A stretch of DNA of 63,741 nt, the filler included, from Folioceros fuciformis (Eukaryota): assembly GCA_049999805.1 (NCBI GenBank). It is 8 parts of 8 records of this genome, joined end to end, with 100 filler letters (N's around TTAATTAATTAA, not from the genome) between each part and the next. Parts side by side here need not be neighbours in the genome. Positions count along the whole stretch, not along the records: positions 20,344 to 44,438 come from JBNGIO010004345.1; 7 more parts are not named here. One strand, 5' to 3'. Under the pieces are notes generated by a model. That model was not told the origin of the DNA. It was given only the letters and a program-made list of their open reading frames with translations, and ran no database searches. This document shows positions 21,971-35,900 of the stretch, in pieces. A program made the position numbers and the translations under genes. Each line of letters begins with the position of its first letter. Position 1 is the first letter of the stretch.

Positions 21971-23970
21971 ATGGCCTTCTCTCTCCGGCAGAAGCAATTA
22001 GGTGAGCTGCTGCACCTTGGGTCTGGGGCTGGATCCGGCGTGTCTTGGAAGATCTGTGGAGTCGGGTTTGACGTCGCCGATGTTGCTTGTTTGCAGACGC
22101 GGTGATCCGCATGCTCAACCTGAATCACCCGGTTCAAAGCGGGGGCACTGCCGATGAGGAGATCTATAAAGTGCTAGTCTTAGATCCTTTGACCCGGGCT
22201 ATATTGTCACCGCTGATTCGCGTGAATGATCTTCGGAAACATGGGGTCACGCTTTATATGATGATCGACAATGAGCGGCAAAACATCCCTGACGTGCCGG
22301 CCATCTACTTTGTCCAACCGAGTGTGAAAAATGTGGACAAGATTGCACTTGATGCTGCCCGAGGAGTGTATGAAAGTTTTCACCTCAATTTCACCTCCTA
22401 CCTTCCCAGGCCATTGTTGGAGAGACTGGCTGGAGAAACTCTGAAGACGGAGTGCCTTCATCGGATATCAAAGGTTTTTGATCAGTATCTTGAGTTTGTG
22501 ACTCTTGACCATCGATTGTTTTCACTTGCACAGCCGCAAACGTATCTGCAGCTGAACGATCCAGCTGCTCAGGATAAGGATGTGGAAGCAGTGGTTGAAG
22601 GCATCGTTAGTGGTCTCTTCTCTGTGCTGGCCACCCTGGGTGTGGTTCCTATCATCCGATGTGCTCGAGGAGGGGCAGCGGAAATGGTTGCTTCTCTTTT
22701 GAATTCGCGGCTGAGGGACCACTTGGTCTCCAAGAACAATCTTTTCACAGAGGCAGGGCACTTTGGGAGCTCTTTTCAGCGTCCTCTATTGTGTTTGTTT
22801 GACAGGAACTTTGAGCTCTCCGTGGCTGTGCAACACTCGTTCAGTTACAGACCGTTGGTACATGATGTGTTGGGTCTGAAGCTGAACAAGGTAACAGTGC
22901 AAAGCTCTGAGGCATCTGGGCCTCTTGTAAAGGGCAAAGGTGCCGGTACCTCGTATGAATTGGATGAGTCAGACAGTTTTTGGGTAGCAAATGGGTCTGC
23001 TCCTTTCCCTAAGGTGGCAGAAGAAGTAGAGACCCAGCTGAACAGATATAAGCAGGATGTGGAAGAGGTTAACAGGCGAACAGGTGGGGGGAAAGATCAC
23101 TTTGATGAGCATCAGCTGCTTGGAAACACGGCAAGTCTGATGAACGCTGTCAACTCACTGCCAGAGCTGACGGAACGGAAGAAGATGATAGATAAGCACA
23201 CTAACATTGCCACTGCTCTCCTTGGTGAAATCAAGTCAAGATCACTGGACAGTTTCTTTGCGACAGAGGATGATATGCTGTCTCGGGGCACAGTTGATAG
23301 AAACACGTTGATGCTAACTTTGAAGGGCAGAGGGACAAAAGAGGACAAACTCAGGTTGGCAATCGTGTATCTTCTCTCCATGGAAGTGACACCACCTGTA
23401 GACGTTGAAGCTATAGAGTCTGTTCTCCGGGAGGAGCAGATAGACATCGCAGCATTTGTTTACGTCAAGCGAATCAAGTCCTTGAATTTGAACCTTCCTC
23501 CTGCAAATGCAGCCAATGCTGCAAGTAAAGGAAATCTCCTGGATTGGGCCGACAAACTGTATGGGCAAACCCTCAGCTCAGTGGCGGCAGTAGCTGCTCA
23601 GGGAGTTAAGAATCTACTCGCAGGAGGGAGGCAGCTTGCTGTCCAAAGGGCCGTGGAGTCTCTGATGGATTCCAAGTCTCCAGACACAGAGTCGTATTTG
23701 ACTTTTGATCCTAGAAGTCCCAAGGGGGCAGCGGTAGGTGGTGGTCTATCTAAAGGGCCTTTCAAGGAGGCCATTGTGTTCATGATCGGTGGCGGCAACT
23801 ATGTTGAGTATGGAAGCATCCAAGAATTTGCGCAAAGACAACAGCCAGCTAAGAATATCATATACGGGGCCACAGAGATTTTGACAGGAAAGGATTTTGT
23901 TGATCAGCTGACACAGCTAGGAAGTGGCATGAACCGCAATGCCAGTGCAACCCTTACAACCACAAATTGA
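21971..23970 (+). CDS. SLY1: Sec1/Munc18-family vesicle transport protein SLY1 (~634 aa; exons 21971-22001, 22097-23970)
   Basis: Spliced N-terminus MAFSLRQKQLDAVIRMLNLN across a 95-bp GT-AG intron; YKVLVLD, LRKHGVTLY, IDKHTNIATALL, FMIGGGNYVEY. Confidence 0.95.
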
Positions 23971-24345
23971 AGTCCACCTCATTGGCGATGGACTGGAGGT
24001 CCAGTTGCATGTAGTTCAGATTGTGCTTTTAGCTTCGTACATGTGTAGGTCTTTTAATTTGTATAGGTACGTAGGTGCTCTAGGTTGTCACCATAGCTGT
24101 TTATATTGATCGAAATGCAGAGCAGCTTTTAGCCTTCACAGGTTCTGTTCTCATTAGCTTGGTGGGCTACTGTTTTAAAGAGTTAGGCACTGTTCTTTCA
24201 ATTGCTGCGGCTGTGGACCTGTGTCTATGTGTTACCTACCCTACACGAGCAAAACGTTGAGCAAAGACCTGAACTAGAATCTCCCGTCGTCTGCAGCTTT
24301 GCTCATGACTGGTATCTTCTGTCATTGCTGGGAATGACCAGCAGG

Positions 24346-27300
24346 CTATGCCACCAGAAACTTCTTTAACGCTGAGACATCCAGTGCAGGGAACTGCTCA
24401 ACAACGCTCAACACTGTGGAGCCCAGTTTCCTAGCAGTTTCTTGTGACGGTGCCTGTCATCCAACATCACACTGTTAAGGTCTATAATCTCAATGGAGGT
24501 TGCCACTCACAACATCTAATGTCCGAACACTTACTTCGATGTTCAATGGAAGAACAGGATCATGGAGTGACAGTCTCAGCAAAAACCAGCCGCCGTACCC
24601 AGAAACGCGAACCTACGAAGAAAACAAATGCTTCAAGTTCACCTAATTGTCCCAAGCACGAGTCGTAATTTATGCTCAACCTTGATTAGCAAACTAAGGC
24701 TGGGAGTCAGGCATACCCCTTCAAAATTCACAGGAGCCTTTTGCAGGTCCGGATTCGTTAGGAGATGGGCCTCCAACGCCTTCAGCACTTGCTCTCCGTA
24801 CTCCCTGAAAGAGCTGTGAGGCAATTGAATGTACATAGTTAGGGCGTGCTGTCCAGCCTGATTGATACGTTGCTGAACCCAGGTTCGCGAGAACTGACCC
24901 AGATCCCAGATCAGGATGTTCCTGATTGATTTTGAATCTCAGTTCTTCAGTAACCTCCGCTTCTTCAAGCTCTTCAATCAAATTGGTGAGCACTGCACTT
25001 CCCTTACGTTCACCAGCAACTTTAGCAGCGGCAAGCTTGATCAGAAGTTTTACCTGCCACAATATTCCTGAGCCTGAAAACCGATAACGAAGAAGACAAG
25101 GTGCACGCATATGTGGTGAAGCGATCTGACACAGCTTGAGAACAGGCTACGGACACTAACCATTAGATATGCTCCATCATCAAGCCAATGATTTTCTTGT
25201 AGTGCACCATGCCCACTTGTCTCAATAGCAAGGTGGGTCTCTTCACCGCTACCATTCTGCATCTCAGCGGACGACAATACAGGAGAGCAGAGACAGGTCA
25301 CACACCGGCCATCAATAAGAAGTGACAGCCTTTAAAATCCCTTACCAATCGAATGCCCTCATCAATGACATTCCTGTAACCTCTTTTGAATCGATGATGC
25401 TTTCCACCTGAGAACAGGATAGACACAGTAAGAACCTGCAACCATAAACTAAACCTACACAATGGAATCCAATGCAAAGATCAAGCAGGCCGGTAATTCT
25501 ACCATAGTAGGCATACAGGAAGATGAGCCTACCAAGCTTTTGCTCTATGAAAACTGTCAACCCATCGGATGTGACACTGTCAGTCACAATGGTTGTTCCT
25601 GGATGCTACAGGCAGAAACGACAATTAAAAGCAAATGCAAATCGGTTCTCTATACAACATAGAGGCTGGATAACAGATACGCTCCAGGCATGTGCTCTAC
25701 CTGATCCAGAACTATTGCAGCCATAAGTGCTATCAATCGGTTGCGGTTGATCTCACGGCCATCTGAATCTACTGCGGCAGCCCTGCAAGAGATGCTTTTG
25801 AATTTTCTCACGCATGCACTCTAGAAACGCATCCCCACAGCAAGAATACAACACTTCAATTCGGGGTACCTGTCCACATCAGTATCAAAAATGATACCCA
25901 AATCCGCCCTCTGGTCAAGAACTGCTTTGGTAATTGCTGCCATAGCCTTCTTGTCTTCCGGATTCGGTATGTGATTGGGGAACATTCCTGAAGACAAAAT
26001 CCCATTCCAGTTGTGGAGGCGTGAAGCAATTCCATACTCTGAAGCGCAGAATAAACAAGGCAATGTAGCAGCAGATGACACATCTCAAAAGTTTGCAAGT
26101 AGCTAACCGACCATCTGGCTCAAGAAATTGGCTTCCCACAGTCTTGGCTCCTAACGGTTCCAGAACTTGTCCCTACATGCATCGCATTTCCAACATGCAT
26201 CAACGATGATTGCAGTCTGGGGGTCTTGTACACGAACCTGAAACTAAACTGTTGGCTGAGTTTTGTGGAAAAAACAAAGCTACACTATGCCTTACTGCAA
26301 AGAAGCCACCAGCACCATTTCCAGCATCCACAACTATGTGAAAGCCTTCCAGCGGCTTCTCTGCACACAAGTAGTAAGGCAAATCAAGATTTAGGACTCA
26401 GCTCACGACAAGGAGGATGGGCAGATAAACATTACCATAAGTTTCGAAACAGGGCTTACCAACACCTCTTGCTCCTTGCCGAACTGCCTCAACAAGATCT
26501 CGAGAATACTGATCCATGTAATTTACCCTCCTTGACACCTTGTCAGCAAGCGCAGATGACTCCTTTATATTATCCTCTGATAGTTCAGAATATATCTTCG
26601 TTGCCCTCGACAAAATGTCGCTTATGTCGCCCTTCCCAAGTCCACCAGCGTTGGTGAAAAATTTAAGTCCGTTCCGATTGAAAGGGAGGTGGCTAGCTGT
26701 AGATTCATAATACAGACGTAAGCTACGCTAGGTAGATGTCGCCGACGGACAGTGCTTCCAACTGACCAGGCTTGACATGCTGAAGACCCTGAATGTTTGC
26801 ATCGACTTGCTACATGCTAAATGCACGGAGCTTTAGTCCCACCTGTTATCATGATTGATCCATCGACAGGGCAAAACAGACTTTCACTGTCTGTTATGGT
26901 GCTGTTGAACATAGCTGGGGTAGATGCCAACCTATCAGAAAGGGAACACCCTGAGGATCATGACATCCATGTCTACCCCAAAAATTCGTGAGGACCAGCT
27001 CGGAACTTACCCATAGAGGACAACATCCAGCCCTGCCCTGGCAATACCTCGGGCTGCAGCTGCCTGCAGATGCAAAGCAGATGTAAGGAACGCTTGAGAG
27101 GCCTTCCAAGGTAGGCTTAGAATGTAACGAGGGGACGCAAATGAGATGGGAGTACCGAAAGAGAATCAGCTGATATCCGGGAGTCATGCCCTACAGAAAT
27201 CGTGTAACGTCTCGACCCATCAGCTTTCTTCTTGTCCAAGAGCCACCCTGCAAAACCAGCAGCTATAGCCTCTGCTGCAGGCTCTGTGAGATTAACAGGC

Positions 27301-27839
27301 TCCCCCTCCACACCGTCAACGGCAATCCCCCGAATATCACTGTACAGACACAAGAACAAGGAGATGGCATGCGCTGAGAAAGGCCATCCCACAAGACCAC
27401 TGGGCAAATTCAACCTTCCACTGGAATAAGCCAGACAACAGTCTGCAAAGCCACGGACCTGCCGTTCTGAAGCTTCTTAAAATCAACCTTGTCCAGCATC
27501 TTGGCTTCACTACCAGCCGAGACAGCAGCTGCTCGCAGATGACAAACACGAAGAAAGCACCAAGCATCAATTACGAGCTCTGAATCACAAGCAATTGCAA
27601 GCTGTAAGCAGAATCATCTTCAGGTAACCTGCGATAGTCAGTGCCCTCTTTCCTTCACGTCGAATTGGAGCGGACTTGTTTATTTGTTGACAAGCAGATC
27701 TTTTCGCAGGCCAAAAATCAGGTACATTCAGTCTGACGCGCACTGAGGGTGACATTACCAACTGCGCTCCTCTTCCATCGCATTTCGGAGAGCAGCCTGC
27801 AATGTTGGAGTGCCATGCAAAGGGTGCATGAGAGTTCAT
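24346..27839 (-). CDS. Phosphomannomutase/phosphoglucomutase (alpha-D-phosphohexomutase) family protein with probable plastid transit peptide; multi-exon
   Basis: Exon peptides LQNGSDIRGIA, VGHDSRIS, ITASHLPFNRNGLKFF, VVDAGNGAGGFF, FPNHIPNPED, IFDTDVDR, AIETSGHGA, RLSLHDPVLPLNIE; stop at 24346-24348; start codon less certain. Confidence 0.92.
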
Positions 27840-28084
27840 AGTGGACGACGGAGCTCAGACGTGTCTGCTCTCTCCTGGCAGAGCTAACACGGAGGCCGAT
27901 GTCTACACGTAGACATATGCAAGTAAGGATATACTGCTACAGACATATGTAGAGAACGCGGGCAGGCGAATCATTGGCAGGAACTGTCGGGACGCCCATG
28001 TGCGATGCCCGCGTGGTAACGTTTGCAGCAGAATGCCGATCTCTGCAATGCCATTTTCGGAGTGCAGGTGCCCGTGAGGACTAG

Positions 28085-31000
28085 ATGCGAAGGGCTTCAA
28101 GGGCGGCTGCAGGGGTAATCAGGGAAACAGGATCTCGGAGCTATGGTCTGGTTAGCAGCAGCGGCAGGGGAGGATGTCCCTGCTTTGCAAGAGGAATAAT
28201 TGGATGCCGTGTCGTGAGGTTCTCAGCTGCGTCCGCGGAGCCCAAAAGCGCAAGAATTGTGGGTGAGTGGTTGTTTTGCTCAGCTTTCTGGTGTTCTGGG
28301 CAGTGTGGTGAGGGTCTGGGTGTTGTGCAGATAGCCGGGAAGCAGCGGGGGCCAACAGTTTGCATTGGTCAGGCAGGAAGCTGAGTCAGGTGAGAGAGTT
28401 GCAGCTGGGATCTGAAATGGGCTGTAGTTTCAGTCTGCTGTGCTCTGACACCCTGGATTGGAGACGTGCAGGGGTGTAAGGCTGACGAAGATTCTCCGCA
28501 CAGTTTTGAAGGTGTGAGCAGGCTGGTTGAGCAGGGTCGCGTCGATGACGCCGTTCGTGCAGTGGAGGCTTCATGGGAACAGGGGACGCCTTTGTCCACC
28601 AAGGCGCTGTATTGTCTGCTCCAGGCATGCTGCAAAGACAGAAACCTACAGGTCGGGAGGAGAGTGCACTCCCTCGTTGTCAGAGGCAAATTGGAGGGAA
28701 ATGTATTTCTTGGGAACCACCTCATCCGCATGTATGCGTGTTTGGGGCGGCTGGTGGAGGCCAATGAGGTGTTCAACAGGCTGCCTGCGCCCAACGAGTT
28801 TGTTTGGGCTAGCGTGATCGCAGCTAATGCCAATCATGGGGAAGCTGATCGGGCTATTGAACTGTACTTCCAGCTGGTGGACTCCAGGGTGAAGCGCGAC
28901 GAGCACATATTTGTGGCTGTACTGAAGGCTTGTGCCAGGGCATCTGCATTGGCAGTGGGAACTATTGTCCATTCCCATGTTGCAGAATGTGGTCTAGAAT
29001 GTAACCTCTTCGTTGGAAGTGCTTTGATTGACATGTATGCCAAGTGCGGAAATGTGGAGAAGGCTCACGAAGTATTTGGGGCACTGTCAGCGAAGGATAT
29101 TGTGACATGGAATGCTTTGGTTTGTGGGTATGCTGAGCAGGGAGATGGGCAGGGGGCACTGCAAGTGTTCCAAGAAATGCAACAGGCTGGCATGCGACCA
29201 AACAAGGTTACTGTCCTTGGTATCCTGAAAGCATGCTCCACTATGGCAGCTCTTGACGAGGGCCAGCGTGTGCATGCGTACATCCAGGATAACGGATTTG
29301 AGTCAGAGGTGTGTATTGGCAATACCCTGGTTGACATGTACTCCAAGTGCGGGAGCCTCAAAGATGCCCGCAGCATGTTTGACAAGTTGCCGTCCAGGGA
29401 TCTGGTATCGTGGACAGCGATGATCACAGGGTATGCTAGGGAAGGCGATGGCCAGGAGGCGATGAACCTGTTCCAGCAAATGCATCAAGAGTGTGTGCGG
29501 CCAAACAGTGTGACACTCATGAGCGTTCTCAAGGCATGTTCTAGCGAGGCGGCCTTGGACCAGGGCAAGCTGGTCCACGCCTATATCAACAAATATGGTC
29601 TCCAGTCGGACCCGTTCATATGCAGCACCCTGATTGACATGTACGTGAAATGTGGCAGCCTGCAGGATGCACGCAGTGTGTTTGATGGACTATCGCGCAA
29701 GGACCCTGTATCGTGGACTGCGATGATTGCAGGATATGCCGGGCATGAGGACGGCGAGTCGGCCCTGGAACTCTTCCAACAGATCATGAAAGAGGGGATA
29801 CAACCCAACAAGGTGATGCTGCTCAGCGTGCTCAAAGCTTGCTCCATCACAGGATCCCTGGACGAGGGGAAGGTGGTGCATTCCTGCATTTCACGAAGTG
29901 GGTTGGAGTCAGATGTGGTGGTTGGCAGCACCCTCATCGACATGTACGTCAAATGTGGCAGCCTGAGCGATGCCCGATCGGTGTTCGACAGGTTGGGCAC
30001 TAGGAATCGGGTATCATACAACGCCATAATCGTGGGATGCGCCGAGGCCAAGCGCAGCGAGGAAGCAATGCAGCTGTTTGAGCAGATGGAAGAGGAGGGC
30101 ATCCAACCAGATAAGGTTACCCTTGTGAGCATGCTGAAAGCATGCGGCAGTGTGGAGGTTGGGCAGTTCCTCCACGCCCGAGTTAGAGAATGCGGGCTGG
30201 AGTCTGACCTCAACCTCTGTAACAGCATTATGGACATGTACGGCAGGCTGGGAAGGGTGGAAGATGCACGAAATGTGTTTGACAAGATGCGAAAGAGGGA
30301 CCTGGTTTCTTGGAGCACTTTGATTGCAGGCTACGCTGAGCAGGGCTGCGGCCAGGAGGCTCTGCTGCTCTTCCAGGAGATGGTTGGGGAGGGGATGCAG
30401 CCGGACAAGGTTACAGTGCTGGCCATCCTGAAGGCGTGCTCCAGCGTGGCATCTTTGGAACAGGGCAGACAGGTGCACGCTCACGTTGTGGGCTGTGGGC
30501 TCTCCGAGGACGTGTTTGTGAGCAACACTCTGATCGATATGTACTCGAGATGCGGGAGCCTGGACGATGCCCGCCGGGTCTTCCTGCGGGCTCCCTCCAA
30601 GAACCTTATTTCATGGACAGCCATGATCGCGGGATGCGCGCAGCATGGGCAGGCACTGGAAGCCCTCCAGCTCTTCTCCAGCATGCAGCAGGAAGGTTTG
30701 CAGCCCGACTCCAAGGTCCTGGTGTGCGTGCTGTCCGCTTGCCGGCACGCCGGCCTGCTGGAAGCCGGGCACCAGGTTTTCCGCAGCATTACCCTAAGGT
30801 TCAACATGGCCCCAGACGTGGAGCACTACGCATGCATGGTCGACCTCCTGGCCCGCGCCGGCCACCTCCACGACGCCGAGGAACTGGTGACCTGCATGCC
30901 CGTCCCTCCCAACATCTTCCTGTGGACATCCCTGTTGGGAGCATGCCGCACGCACGGCGACGTCCCCGTGGCCAGACGCTGCTTCGATGCCGTGATGCTC

Positions 31001-31303
31001 CTGGATCCGTGCAACTCTGCGGCTCACGTGCTCATGGCTAGCATCTATGCGGCGGCCGGGCTGGCGGACGAGTGCGCCCACATCCGCAGCAGGATGTTGA
31101 TTTCCGGCAGCAGGAAGGAAGCCGGGCGTACCTGGATAGAAGTGAAGAGCCAAGTGCATTCCTTCGTGGTGGCCGACACGGAGCACTCGGACCGGAAGCA
31201 GATCCTTGTCATGCTCAAGCATGTGCGGCAGAGCATCGAGCAGGATACCGATGCGCATCTCCTGGTCCTGGCTCGCTTGACGCAGGGCGACGCCCAACCA
31301 TAG
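28085..31303 (+). CDS. PLS-class pentatricopeptide repeat protein, E1-E2-E+ (no complete DYW domain), ~1022 aa; exons 28085-28262, 28331-28389, 28472-31303
   Basis: Repeating P-L-S triplets (LIDMY.KCG.L.DA..VFD / D.VSWTAMI.GY); YACMVDLLARAG; PG-box variant EAGRTWIEV; two GT-AG introns join an Arg/Ala/Ser-rich presequence in frame. Confidence 0.93.
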
Positions 31304-32057
31304 CCTCCGCGCACTTCCGTGTCCCCACGGAATGCCCCTGTTCCTCTCATTCTTTCTTCCAGGACTGGTTAAAATACACTTCAGTCTGCAGGCAAACTCG
31401 GAAGACTTCTGTCAGCGGGGACAGCTATGGTCCCAGGACGAGGGGACAAAAGCGGAGTCGTTGTGCACGCCTGCTGTCAGGCCGGCCAATGTGTGAAGGG
31501 AAGCTGTCATGTTGTGGGTCACACAATCGCTTTGCTTTTGCTTCATCTGTGTTGAAGGCGGGAGGGAAGAGAAGATACGAGACGGGAAGAGAAGAAACGA
31601 TGGAGCCAAGGAACAGGGAATAGAAGCAGGCAGTGTGAGTACATCAGGTCCTACATATTGCACTGTACTGTACTTGTCATCCAGATTCCCATTCCCTTTC
31701 CTACGTCTTGCTCCCTGCTTCCTGCACACACTCACAAGATGTACTTGTGTGCTCTCTCCACACACGAACAGGCATGGACGAGTGGAGCCAAGGTTCTGGT
31801 TCGATTAAAAATTCGTTTATCTATCCTTTAGTAACATATCCAACATCCCTGCTGCCCGATGCGGGATCGGCCATCGAGTGCGGGGAATGAATCTAGAGGA
31901 TCTGCACATCCTGGTGGGCCTCGCGACCGCCCGGAGGTGGGCCCCGCTTCGAAACTTGTTGCAAGGAGAAGGAGAACGTGGCGGCGAGTGATAGCCTCAG
32001 GGGGAGGAAAACAGGGAGAGGGAGTCGATGCTCGGCGCGTGGTGACTGATGTGAGCT

Positions 32058-32150
32058 CTGGGACTGGGAGACTCCCATTACAGACTGGGACTGGGACTGG
32101 GACTGGGCCTGGGACTGGGACTGCGCCTGGGCCTGGGACTGGGACTGCGG
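32058..32150 (+). repeat. (GGGACT)n hexamer repeat
   Basis: Direct reading; about ten GGG runs at 6-bp spacing. Confidence 0.9.
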
Positions 32151-32989
32151 CTACACGTGTGCAGCGGGTTCGAACCCGTCCCCCGGTTACGGGGCAACAA
32201 ATACACATATATTTAGCTGGATACTGGGCGCCTGCTTTGCGCACGCTATTGTAAGGGGGTGTGCTGGGTGTGGGGACTACGTTGATGCAGGCTGCCACTC
32301 CCAACACTATGTCTGCATTGATAGTCAAAAAAGCGGGCACCATGGAAAGCCGCAAACAATTCGACACTTGCATCTGCGACCGCAAGGTCCGGAAGCAGCT
32401 GGGAAGGCGGGCGACGCAGGGCCTCTCCACTCAGCAGCACAGCACGGCACAGATGAGCAGGCGGAGCTGCAGCTGGAGTCGTAGCTGCAGCTGGCCCGCC
32501 TCCGCGGATGTGCTTTGCTTGCATGGGGAATGATGCACGCAGTCTAGTGCTACGCGGCCCCAGGAAGTGTTGCTGCAATTTCGGCCTGGCGAGCGGGGGG
32601 ACGGGAAAGTGCCGGGGCTTCATGCTCCGGCTGGGATGTCGCTCAGAGTGAGGCTGCGATCTGGCCGGGACTCGGACTTGGACTTGGATTCGGAATTGTG
32701 TGGATTGGAGCGCCTTTTGAAGTAGCGAGGAGGGGGAGCACGGCCCGTCGCGATTCCGACAGGGGGTTCCTTCTCTTCTCCGTGTGTCGTCGTGAAATCC
32801 GGACAGGGGTTTGGGTGCTTGCCTCGCAGATCAGCCATATGCAGGGGCGCAGCCCGGAGGGATCCTTGCGGATCGGAGGGCCGGTTTGGCAGCAGCTGTT
32901 GGGTCTGTCGAGGGGGAGTGTAAATGGAGCAGGATTGGTAGCAGGCGCGCACACGCACACACGGCTGCTTTCCTGTGGGAGAGCGCGGA

Positions 32990-35900
32990 ATGCTGTCGAA
33001 TGCTGCGGCCATCATGGCGCAGCGGCTGCACCACCGACAGCCGTCTGTTGACGTGAATTCTTTCTCCTCCGTCTCTTCCCATGCACGATGCGTCCCGTGC
33101 CGGGACGTTCGGGAGTGGATTCGGTCCAGACGCAGGACTCGGGACTGGGCCCCGGACCACGACCAGGACCACGATGAGGAGGCGCCGCCTGACCAACTCC
33201 ACTGCCTAGCGCGCCCCAAGAAGTTCGCACGATCGTATTACTACTCCATCTTCGCGGCGCGGCTTGCTATCATGGTACGTGCGGAGCGTCCGCCTTTGCA
33301 CTGGAAAGATGGAAGCCAAGCTGAGCTCATGCTGCTTGGTCTGCTGCACTCTGCAGGTCATGTTGACAATCTTGATCGGCCTGCTCACCATTTTGACATG
33401 GCATTTCACCACCGTCTACACCACTCGCTCCATCAAGAGCTTGGCGCTCGGCCTGCGCACTGAGATACTACAGCGTCCTATATCTCGAATGTGGAATCTC
33501 CTCAATGTCACCTTGGACACGACCATGACTCAGGTCAATTTGTCGGGGTATGTAATTGGACACTATCCGTCGATCGATAGCGGGAAGGGTCAAGATCAGG
33601 TATGCCCAGCCTTGTGCCTTGGTCTCCCCCACCCCCTGCAACCCATCGCGTGGATGTTTGTTGTTACCTCAGTCTTGTGTCTTTGGTCGTCTCCCTGGAA
33701 CAATTGCCTGCCCGAGCTTTGTCCTCAGCCGCTCGCCCGTTTTGTGCGCAGTTGCTTGATGTTATGCGGAATATCACGTGGGCCATTTTCACCAGTCGGA
33801 AAGCAGTGAATGCCATCTCCATCGTTTATCGCAATGGCAGCATGCAGGGTTTCGAAAGGGATCTCAGTTCCCAGCAGACTTTCTACACTTACTCGGTGCC
33901 AGGAAATGAAACGGTGTTGCCACCTCCATCAGCTACTGGCGATTTGGATCCTACACTCACCAGTGACACCTGGGTCTGGTACAGGGAACCGGTTGATCGC
34001 CGCACAGGCAAACCGGTGTCAGCTCCCATCCCTATGAGGCCATACAATTTAACACGGGACTTGGGTGGGGCTTCTCTCTTACGAGATGGGAATGCAGTTT
34101 GGCATGTGACTGTCCACGGCTTTGAGGGTAGTCCTTTTCTTGCTTCCGGCTCTCCTGTGAGGCACCCTGATACGGGAGAGGTGTTAGCTGTTGCCGGGGT
34201 CTCGCAAGCGCTGACTTCTATTAGCTCACTCATGAAGGAACTAGCTGCCGTGCACAGTGGGACCTTGTACCTTACCAATGACCAAGGCTTGCTGCTGGCA
34301 TCTTCCACCGCTAGTCCCTTGCTGAAGAATACCTCAGATGGGCCTGCACTGATTCTAGCAGAGGAGTCCACTGATCCCATCATCCAAGCCGGTGCAGATT
34401 GGCTGCGACAGAAAGTTGGGAGGTCTATAGATTCTCTGAAGGGTGTTCACGCTGAGGATATCGTTCTACAAGGTCGGAGATATTATGTCGACACGTTCGT
34501 CTTGAACTTGACACAACTGCCGCTGGTGAGTGGACCACGCAACTGTCAGCGCCGTCTCCGCGTAGGCAAATTGCCATGCTGTTACACATATTGTGCGTGT
34601 GGAGTCTTGCTTTGCAGGAGTAGCCTGAAGCTAAGAGTTCATTCATTGGTTCGCCTTCTTGCTAGGTGGGCGTCATTATTACTCCACGGTCCTACGTGTT
34701 GGGTGCTGTGGATCGGAGAGGCCATGCCACTCTTGCTATCCTCATATCGATTTCAGCTTGCATTCTTCTTGTTGGTTGTGTGTTCACCCTCATTTTTACA
34801 AGCGGTGTCTCAACGGAGATGCGACTTCGGGCAGAACTCATCGAAAATCTTGATGCCAGACGACGGGCTGAGGCATCTAGCAACTACAAAAGTCAGTTCC
34901 TGGCTAACATGAGGTATGACTGGCTCATGAGTACGTGGGATGCATGACTTTTTCAATCAGATCACTTTATATCCACAAAGTAGTGCTCACATATCGCATT
35001 ATTTGCTGTTGGGCAGTCACGAATTGCGAACACCAATGGCTGCAGTGATAGGGCTGTTAGATATTTTACTCTGTGATGAATATCTTTCATCAGAACAAGT
35101 AGCCATGGTCTCCCAAATACGGCATTGCTCTACTGCCTTGCTTCGTCTCCTCAATAACATTCTCGATCTGAGTAAGGTATGCATTACCTGGGATTTTACC
35201 CTGTGAAAACTTTTCACACCGGTGTTCTGGACAAGACCTAGATGGCATGGTCAGGAGTCTACGTATGGGTTCAGTGAATGTTTGGCAGTGATGAAAAGCT
35301 CCTTGCGTTCCAAATATGCAGGTTGAATCTGGCAAGCTGGTTTTGGAGGAGGCAGACTTTGATCTTCGAAGGGAGCTTGAAGGGCTTGTGGATATGTTTT
35401 CCGTCCAGTGTGTTGACCACAGTATCGATTTTGTCCTGGATCTGGCCGGTGAGAGTTATTACAGTGCCATCGCTTTTTTCATACTTGAAATGTTGTCTGT
35501 TTGACTACAAGGGAAGATATGGCCTGATGCCTTGTGCGGGCGCTCTCCATTTTCCTCCCATGTTTATAGCAGGGTTGACTGAACTGTTTATCGTACGAAT
35601 CTGGTTGTAGATGACATCCCTCACTTCCTTAAAGGAGACTCTGCCCGAACAGTCCAAATATTTGCGAACCTTATTGCAAATTCTATAAAATTCACGTCCT
35701 GTACGCAACGGAAAACCTTAACTCTCTTTGGTGAAACTCATCATTGCGCTGCGAAGTCGTTGAAAGCATCATTCAGAGGCAAAACTGACTTGCTTATGGG
35801 TTTGCACAGCTGGGCATGTCTTTCTGAGAGGCTGGTGCGAGTGGGGCACTGGCGAGAAAAGTGGCCTTATGTTTGCCAAGGACGTGAATAATCCTTGGCT

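Noticed and set aside
28369-31350. Antisense ORFs over the PPR gene
   Set aside because: Shadow ORFs of a long GC-rich coding sequence; no independent motifs
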